This document shows positions 55,995 to 64,000 of a DNA stretch of 64,000 nucleotides, one piece after another. Below the pieces are notes generated by a model that saw only the letters and a list, made by a program, of their open reading frames with translations, was not told the DNA's origin and made no database searches. The position numbers and the translations under genes were made by a program. Positions within the stretch are counted from its first letter, which is position 1. Every line of letters starts with the position of its first letter. Origin of the DNA: Trichoplax adhaerens (taxonomy: Eukaryota > Animalia > Placozoa). The stretch lies in contig NW_002060967.1 of NCBI RefSeq assembly GCF_000150275.1, positions 310,001-374,000 of the forward strand, read 5' to 3'.

Positions 55995-57190
55995 CTTATT
56001 TCATTTAATTGATAAATTAAAACTGTTACTCTACAACGTTTCTACTACGTAATCATTGTTAACCTTAAAGGTCTTAATTTTTAATTGACATCTGCTAGCT
56101 AAAAAACAATGTTATTAGAGACTTATAATGTTGAAACAAATACCAAGATTGTTGTGGCGTAATTTTACATGAGAACCTTCCTATCGATGAATAGCTTTAC
56201 TTGGTTATGAACTATTTTAATGCGCCCTGTAAAAATAACGTTGCAATGAGAATTGATGCTGGAAAGTTGTGCATGCTATGTTATGGATCTTTAAAAATGC
56301 ATTCAATAAATTCAAAAGTATATCGCCTAATCTCTCAAGCTCACCAGTAGTGATTGCTTGAGGTAATTTCGAATACCATTCAATCAGTAGCGATATCAGA
56401 CATTTGTTTGCGTAAATGGTTTCAAATATTTGATGCAATTCGATCAACCGATTATATTGCTTTCAATATCTCTACATACTGCAGTGATTGTATTTCTAAA
56501 GCCTAAATACTAATGTGTAAAACGTTTCATTGCTCGATCGCAACTATCACTGATGTTGATAAGCAGTTATTAATTCGTGGTCATTAAAAGGTAAATTACA
56601 TATGTTGCGTGTGTGAAGTAATTTTTTATTCTGTTTATTATTAAGATGATTACTATTAAAATTATAAATGAAGGAGACTATAGCGAATGACGACGATTCA
56701 TTACTAGCTAACTTCCGAGAGTGAAGGGAAGTATCAGACTGTATCGTGTACAACTTGTCGAGTAGCAATCATAATGAATCGATTTATACTACGAGTACTG
56801 TACTGATGAAATGACCTTTTGGCATGCTTGTTGTAGCAGTCTTTGCTGCGAAGCAATGTGAACCTGTCCACTAAATCCATTTGATTGTTCACATCAGTTC
56901 AATATTGCTCATCATTCAAATTTCACTACTGCTAGGCTTGATAAGATTGAGTTTATTTTCAGCTTGTATCAACTTTTCTTGTGTACGAAGGCAGATTAGT
57001 AAAATTAAGTTAGATCTATCCAAAACAAAGCCTTCATCATCCATTCTACATACATAGATGAACTATAGAAATACGAAAGGAATAACGTGGTGTGACTGAA
57101 GAAGTGAAGGGATAAGATACCCATTTTGAATGGTAACGTTCTAAAGGGTAGCATTGAACAAATTTACTGGAGCAAGATACACGAGCCAAT

Positions 57191-58156
57191 CTAGGCTAGC
57201 TTTTGACGAATGATATCTTCCAATTTGACCGCATCAACAGCAAATTTACGGATACCTTCCGATAATTTTTCAGTAGCCATTTGATCTTCATTCAATAACC
57301 AACGGAATTCAGATTCATTTAAAGAGATTTTGTCAGCGGATGATTGCTTGGCTATGTCGACCGACAATTTGCGCGGCACCGATTGAGAAGAATTGGTTAG
57401 TTTTTCCAAAAGAGCAGGACTAATAGTCAAGAGATCACAACCAGCTAATTCAGTAATTTGATCTGTGTTCCTAAATGATGCACCCATGACTTCCGTTTTG
57501 TAGCCGAACTTTTTGTAGTAATTGTAAATTTGTGTTACACTTTTTACGCCAGGATCTTGTGATGGTTGAAAAGAAGACTGGCCAGTATTTTTGACATACC
57601 AGTCGAAAATTCTGCCGACAAAAGGTGAGATTAAGGTGACACCAGCTTCAGCACAGGCAACTGCTTGAGCGAAAGAAAATAGTAATGTCATATTACAATG
57701 GACACCGTCTTCACTTTCTAATATTTTGCCGGCTTGGATGCCCTCCCATGTTGAGCTGAGCTTAATTAAGATTCTTTCCTTGTCAATTCCAATATCGTTG
57801 TACAACTGAATAAGACGGCGAGCACGTTGAAGCGAACCTTGGACATCGAAAGAAAGTCGGGCATCGACTTCCGTAGAGACGCGACCAGGGATTAACTTCA
57901 ATATCTCTGCACCAAAGTTAACCGCTAATAAATCCATAGCCCATTCAATTTGGCCGTTGATATCGTCAGCGCGTTGTTTGGCTTCTTCGACTGCTTTCTC
58001 CAGTAAATGTTGGTATTCAGGCATTTTACATGCAGCCAAAATGAGCGAAGGATTGGTAGTTGAATCTTTAGGTGAATACTTGCCAATCGATTCGAAATCG
58101 CCAGTATCTGCTACCACGTAGGTATAGCCTTTGATTTGTTCTAAAGCTGAGCTCAT
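57191..58156 (-). CDS. TALDO1: Transaldolase (single-exon CDS, 321 aa)
   Basis: [32 protein letters not shown], Schiff-base lysine motif [54 protein letters not shown]. Confidence 0.98.
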   Translation of the reverse strand: MSSALEQIKGYTYVVADTGDFESIGKYSPKDSTTNPSLILAACKMPEYQHLLEKAVEEAKQRADDINGQIEWAMDLLAVNFGAEILKLIPGRVSTEVDARLSFDVQGSLQRARRLIQLYNDIGIDKERILIKLSSTWEGIQAGKILESEDGVHCNMTLLFSFAQAVACAEAGVTLISPFVGRIFDWYVKNTGQSSFQPSQDPGVKSVTQIYNYYKKFGYKTEVMGASFRNTDQITELAGCDLLTISPALLEKLTNSSQSVPRKLSVDIAKQSSADKISLNESEFRWLLNEDQMATEKLSEGIRKFAVDAVKLEDIIRQKLA

Positions 58157-58399
58157 TTTCTTTCTGTGTGGTAATAGCTTGAAATGGATTCTTACCCTTA
58201 CAAGATTGGAATGTAGTTAAGGTCGAGATGACGATGAGAAACGACGAGCTGGCAAGCTTGCAAAGTTACAGTCCAAGCAGAAGTTTTCTCTCCACCTTCT
58301 GAACAGCAAATCAATATACAAGCCCATACTAATATACTATCGTCACAGTGGGGCTACAGCGCATAGTCGTCCTTTTGCGCTTGCCCAGTCAGTCAGCTC

Positions 58400-60125
58400 A
58401 TGGTCCAGGCACCGACCAGTACCATGGTACTGGTTGTTCGTCTTTTACTACACTACAGTACACTGTGACCAGCTGACCATGGTGTCCAGGCACCGACCAG
58501 TACCATGGCATTAGCCATGACACCTTTTATGCGTCTTTTACCACTTAGTCTACTCTACTCTGTGACCGGCTGACCACGGTACACCGACCAGTGTCATGGC
58601 ATTGGCCATGACACCTTTTATGCGTCTTTGACTACCCTATCTTGTGACCATCTGACCATGGTACACCGACCAGTACCATGGTATTGGCCATGACACCTTT
58701 TATGCGTCTTTGACTACTTTACTCTGTGACCGGCTGACCCCAGTACCATGCCATTGGCCATGACACCTTTTATGCGTCCTTGACTACTCTACTCTGTAAC
58801 CGGCTGACCATGGTGACCAGTACCATGCCATTGGCCATGACACCTTTTATGCGTCTTTGACTACTCTATCCTGTGACCATCTGACCATGGTACACCGACC
58901 AGTACCATGGCATTGGCCATGACACCTTTTATGCGTCTTTGACTACTTTACTCTGTGACCGGCTGACCCCAGTACCATGCCATTGGCCATGACACCTTTT
59001 ATGCGTCCTTGACTACTCTACTCTGTAACCGGTTGACCATGGTGACCAGTACCATGCCATTGGCCATGACACCTTTTATGCGTCTTTGACTACTCTATCC
59101 TGTGACCATCTGACCATGGTACACCGACCAGTACCATGGTATTGGACATGACACCTTTTATGCGTCTTTGACTACTTTACTCTGTGACCGGCTGACCAGT
59201 ACCATGCCATTGGCCATGACACCTTTTATGCGTCTTTGACTACTCTACTCTGTAACCGGTTGACCATGGTGACCAGTACCATGCCATTGGCCATGACACC
59301 TTTTATGCGTCTTTGACTACTCTATCCTGTGACCATCTGACCATGGTACACCGACCAGTACCATGGTATTGGACATGACACCTTTTATGCGTCTTTGACT
59401 ACTTTACTCTGTGACCGGCTGACCAGTACCATGCCATTGGCCATGACACCTTTTATGCGTCTTTGACTATTCTACTCTGTAACCGGCTGACCATGGTGAC
59501 CAGTACCATGCCATTGGCCATGACACCTTTTATGCGTCTTTGACTACTCTACTCTGTGACCGGCTGACCATGGTGACCAGTACCATGCCATTGGCCATGA
59601 CACCTTTTATGCGTCCTTGACTATTCTACTCTGTAACCGGCTGACCATGGTGACCAGTACCATGCCATTGGCCATGACACCTTTTATGCGTCTTTGACTA
59701 CTCTACTCTGTGACCGGCTGACCATGGTGACCAGTACCATGCCATTGGCCATGACACCTTTTATGCGTCTTTGACTACTCTATCCTGTGACCATCTGACC
59801 ATGGTACACCGACCAGTACCATGGCATTGGCCACGACACCTTTTATGCGTCTTTGACTACTTTACTCTGTGACCGGCTGACCATGGTGACCAGTACCATG
59901 CCATTGGCCATGACACCTTTTATGCGTCCTTGACTATTCTACTCTGTAACCGGCTGACCATGGTGACCAGTACTATGCCATTGGCCATGACACCTTTTAT
60001 GCGTCTTTGACTACTCTACTCTGTGACCGGCTGACCATGGTGACCAGTACCATGCCATTGGCCATGACACCTTTTATGCGTCTTTGACTACTCTATCCTG
60101 TGACCAGCTGACCATGGTGACCAAT
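58400..60125. repeat. Palindrome-rich minisatellite, 21 units of mostly 68-82 bp with higher-order structure
   Basis: catgacaccttttatgcgtc recurs from 58515 to 60062 with periods 91,82,70,77,82,70,77,82,68,77,82,68,77,77,77,77,82,77,77,77. Confidence 0.97.
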
Positions 60126-60282
60126 GTCAGGTCGTCACTGACCATTGTACCAAGATGAGAGGTCATTTTTGTTGATTTTACTCAGGCGCTTTTCGCTTGC
60201 TGGCCCACTGTAGGTGACAGTATGAGATTTTGCTTGTTGACCACCATCCGGTTGAAATGGCCTCCATAGGCAGAAGTCCACA

Positions 60283-62663
60283 ATGGTCACGCCAGGTCAA
60301 GAAGCTCCTCGATCAAGTCTGCTGCTGACCAATTTCCACTCTACATCAATACTAACTACAGTAAACTACCTAGGTCCAATCCATTATCTAGCTTACTTTT
60401 CTTCCCATCATGGCCAAATCAACTCTATAGAAGAAGAGCAATATCTCCCAATCTCTTTTGACATTGTGGATACCGTAAGTGGGCAGTTGGTTGCTAATGT
60501 CAAGTCCAAAGTAAAAGTACGACAGTAGGCGAAATAGCACCAGCGACCGTTCCACTAATAATATTTGATTGATGGATTTTATTGGACTACTGCCTGAAAA
60601 TTGGACAGAGTAGAAAATGATTCTACATAGTAAAGTACAACGGGACTGTAATATGCTAAACATACAATTCAGCAATGGTCATTGAATGGTCAGTAAACCC
60701 TGACGTAATGTGTTGCAAAAAAAAAAAAGTAATGGTCACGTTACGTTGCCATAGTAAAGCACTTAAAAGGTGAAGAGTTTGAGTGATCCACTAACAGTAA
60801 CTCGCCTTGTATCCTGGAAGTAGTTTAGTTTTGAAAGGGGGGGGGGGGAAATTAAAAATTTCTTTGCAATGCCTGCACTACTGCAGCAGCATTTAAATTA
60901 GACACCTTCATGATACAAAAAGGATGGATTGGTAACTTTACTTTTTATTTTAAGATAAAATTGGACTTATGGAAATTAAAAACTTCTTTGCAATGCCTGC
61001 AATACTGCAGCATTTGAATTAAACACCTTGATGACACAAATAGGATGGACTTTGAAAATTAAAAACTTCTTTGCAATGCCTGCACTACTGCAGCATTTAA
61101 ATTAGACACCTTCATGATACAAAAAGGATAGATTGGTAACCTTATTCTTTATTTTAAGATAAAATTGGATCTATAGAAATTAAAAACTTCTTCGTAATGC
61201 CTGCACTACTGCAGCATTTGAATTAGACACCTTCATGACACAGATAGGATGGACTTTGAAAATTAAAAACTTCTTTGCAATGCCTGCACTACTGCAGCAT
61301 TTAAATTAGACACCTTCATGATACAAAAAGGATAGATTGGTAACCTTATTCTTTATTTTAAGATAAAATTGGATCTATAGAAATTAAAAACTTCTTCGTA
61401 ATGCCTGCACTACTGCAGCATTTGAATTAGACACCTTCATGACACAGATAGGATGGATTTAGAAAATTAAAAACTTCTTTGCAATGCCTGCAATACTGAA
61501 GCATTTGAATTGGACACCTTCATGACACAAATAGGATGCATTTAGAAATTAAAAACTTCTTTGCAATGCCTGCAATACTGAAGCATTTGAATTGGACACC
61601 TTCATGACACAAATAGGATGCATTTAGAAATTAAAAACTTCTTTGCAATGCCTGCAATACTGAAGCATTTGAATTGGACACCTTCATGACACAAATAGGA
61701 TGCATTTAGAAATTAAAAACTTCTTTGCAATGCCTGCAATACTGAAGCATTTGAATTGGACACCTTCATGACACAAATAGGATGCATTTAGAAATTAAAA
61801 ACTTCTTTGCAATGCCTGCAATACTGAAGCATTTGAATTGGACACCTTCATGACACAAATAGGATGCATTTAGAAATTAAAAACTTCTTTGCAATGCCTG
61901 CAATACTGAAGCATTTGAATTAGACACCTTCATGACACAAAAAAGATGGATTCGTAACTTTATTTTAAAATAAAATTTCACTACAATTGACGATAGAAGA
62001 ATGCAACAAATCACACCGTTAGTATATTATTAGTCAGTTATACATCACCATACTAGAGCTGCACATGTGAGCCATCCAAGGCTACGCATCGTTCTACGCG
62101 AACGGTAAAGTCCTCCTGGACATTATACAACATTGTTGGATTAATTGTACAAATAGCAGCTTCTATGTTACATTTAATTTCACAAAGTCATCTCCACAGT
62201 TCTTACTATACACCCCTGTTGAAGGTAGCCCTATCCAAAATAATCCCAAAGAGTTCAATCGGGAGATCGTGCCGGCCATATCATATTGGCTAGTGGCGAT
62301 TGACCGATCCAGCCATTAGGAAATGAACATAGAAATAGTCTACTACATTGAATTTCTGTGATGATACACTCCAAAAATGGCTGTAACTACTGCACGTTGA
62401 TGAGCTGGTTTTACTAATTCGATAAAATAAATTTATTAAATAAATATTATAGATTTCAAATTTAGATTCATTTAGATTCGCATACATAACAGTTGAACCA
62501 CTTCAAGCTATTGATAGATCAGAATCTTAGGGCTAGTCAGGCTGAAATTAGAGTCATCGATATCAATGCGGTTAATGACATTAATACTCGTTCACCTTTT
62601 CATTACCTATCGTACGTATACAATAATTACAATCGAATTTCATCAATGCAATCCATCAGGAAG
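60283..62663 (+). other. Possible 5' exons of an unidentified gene divergent from transaldolase
   Basis: ORF from ATG 60283 reaches a strong donor (acc|gtaagt, 60474). An open stretch 62493-62663 is bounded by cag| and aag|gt in the same phase 0. No homology recognised. Confidence 0.25.
60849..61980. repeat. 82-bp-core tandem array, 12 units (three long/short dimers, then 82-bp monomers)
   Basis: aaattaaaaacttctttgcaatgcctgca.tactg.agcattt.aatt.gacaccttcatga with periods ~125,83,121,82,121,83,82,82,82,82,82. Confidence 0.97.
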
Positions 62664-63119
62664 GTATTCGGTAACTAGGAACTTTTGAACAAAGTTCAAG
62701 AATGCTATGATGACTTGACTTTAGTAGGCGATGAAACATTCGTCTCTTCTCGACGCTGCACTCATTTTTCTAGTTTCATTACTTTATGGACTGCACACTT
62801 TTAAGCAAGTTCTAATGTAGGATTTCAAATTCTGTTTTGTCCAACAGAAATCTTGATAGCCACTCAGATTGGACGAGAAAGGTATTCGTTCCTTAAATGC
62901 TCATACATCACTCCTGTAAACTTTGGGATTCAATGCTACTTTTCAGAGTAGCATTGAGATCGCACTATATCAGCGGTACTTTTGCAACAAAAATCATCGA
63001 CGACGAACAGTTAATTGGGCTGCAGTGATAGCAGTAGCTTATTTAAATTGCAGTGCCACTGGCTTCTTGTCACGGTAGCTCATTCCATCTTGAAAATGTC
63101 TGGTCTGTCGCATTGGTAC

Positions 63120-64000
63120 GAGTATAGGCGACTTCATTTTCCCTTTAGTAATGAATACCTACTTACGGTAGAATTGAATTCTTTTCTCAATTCTAATGCA
63201 GATGCAACATCTCTTGCCTATCATCGACGCAGATCAGCAATTCTACGACTGGTCTGTCGCATTTGCATAGGCAACTTTGCTTGGCGTCTTCACTTTCCCT
63301 TCAGTAATGAATACCTACTTAGAATTGAATTGTATTCTCAATTGTAATTTCGATGCCATTTCTCTTGCCTATCATCGACGCAGATCAGGAATTTTACGAC
63401 TCGTCTGTCGCGTTTGGATAGGCAAGTTTGTTTGGCGTCTTCATTTTCCCTTCAGTAATGAACACCTACTTACTGTACTGTATATAGAATTGAATTGTAT
63501 TCTCAATTCTCTTGCCTATCATCGACGCAGATCAGAAATTTTGCGACTCGTCTGGCGTCTTCATTTTCCCTTTAGTAATGAATATCTACTCATATAGAGT
63601 TGAATTGTATTCTCAATTGCAATTTCGACGCCATTTCTCTTGCCTATCATCGACGCAGATCAGGAATTGTGGGACTTATCTGTCGCGTTTGGATAGGCAA
63701 GTTTGTCTGGCGTCTTCATTTTCCCTTCAGTAATGAAAACCTACTTATATAGAGTTGAATTGTATTCTCAATTGTAATTTCGATGCCATTTCTCTTGCCT
63801 ATCATCGACGCAGATCAGGAATTTTGCGACACGTCTGTCGCGTTTGGATAGGCAAGTTTGTTTGGCGTCTTCATTTTCCCTTCAGTAATGAACACCTACT
63901 TACTGTACTGTATATAGAATTGAATTGTATTCTCAATTCTAATGCAGATGCCATTGCTCTTGCCTATCATCGACGCAGAACAGGAATTTTACGACTCGTC
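63120..64000. repeat. ~155-bp tandem array, at least 6 units, running off the window end
   Basis: ggcgtcttcattttcccttcagtaatgaa...ctcttgcctatcatcgacgcagatcag at ~63128, 63284, 63434, 63554, 63709, 63864. Confidence 0.95.

Noticed and set aside
58400-61980. CRISPR-like repeat/spacer appearance of the 77-bp and 82-bp arrays
   Set aside because: Inter-repeat segments are variants of each other rather than unique spacers; no cas genes; eukaryotic intron-rich context.
63015-63733. 52-aa repeat protein (RLHFPFSNEYLL...)
   Set aside because: Frames shift between units of 156/150/120/155 bp and ORFs begin at TTG; treated as a non-coding satellite.

Overview
AT-rich eukaryotic (animal) genomic DNA with many short GT-AG introns. 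Composition and gene architecture suggest a placozoan such as Trichoplax; this is inferred, not confirmed. Manual splicing gives six conserved genes: CECR2-like DDT/bromodomain protein (+, 5'-incomplete), BLTP3/UHRF1BP1-like lipid-transfer protein (+), fatty acyl-CoA reductase (+), EOGT (-), SETDB1-like H3K9 methyltransferase (+) and an intronless transaldolase (-). A seventh gene may start near 60.3 kb. More than a dozen unrelated tandem arrays or duplications cluster almost entirely around gene 5' ends. Highlights: (i) a 176-bp array in SETDB1 intron 1 that copies the exon-1 donor and creates six potential frame-preserving 24-nt micro-exons; (ii) a TTAGGG-containing ~216-bp satellite just upstream of SETDB1, with inverted CCCTAA tracts in two units; (iii) a palindrome-seeded, GGTCA-rich ~77-bp array upstream of transaldolase; (iv) a 50-bp hairpin insertion with a 7-bp target-site duplication; (v) a SETDB1 MBD lacking the methyl-CpG-reading arginines. 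No CRISPR, rRNA or tRNA was recognised. Exon boundaries were read by eye and need RNA-seq confirmation.
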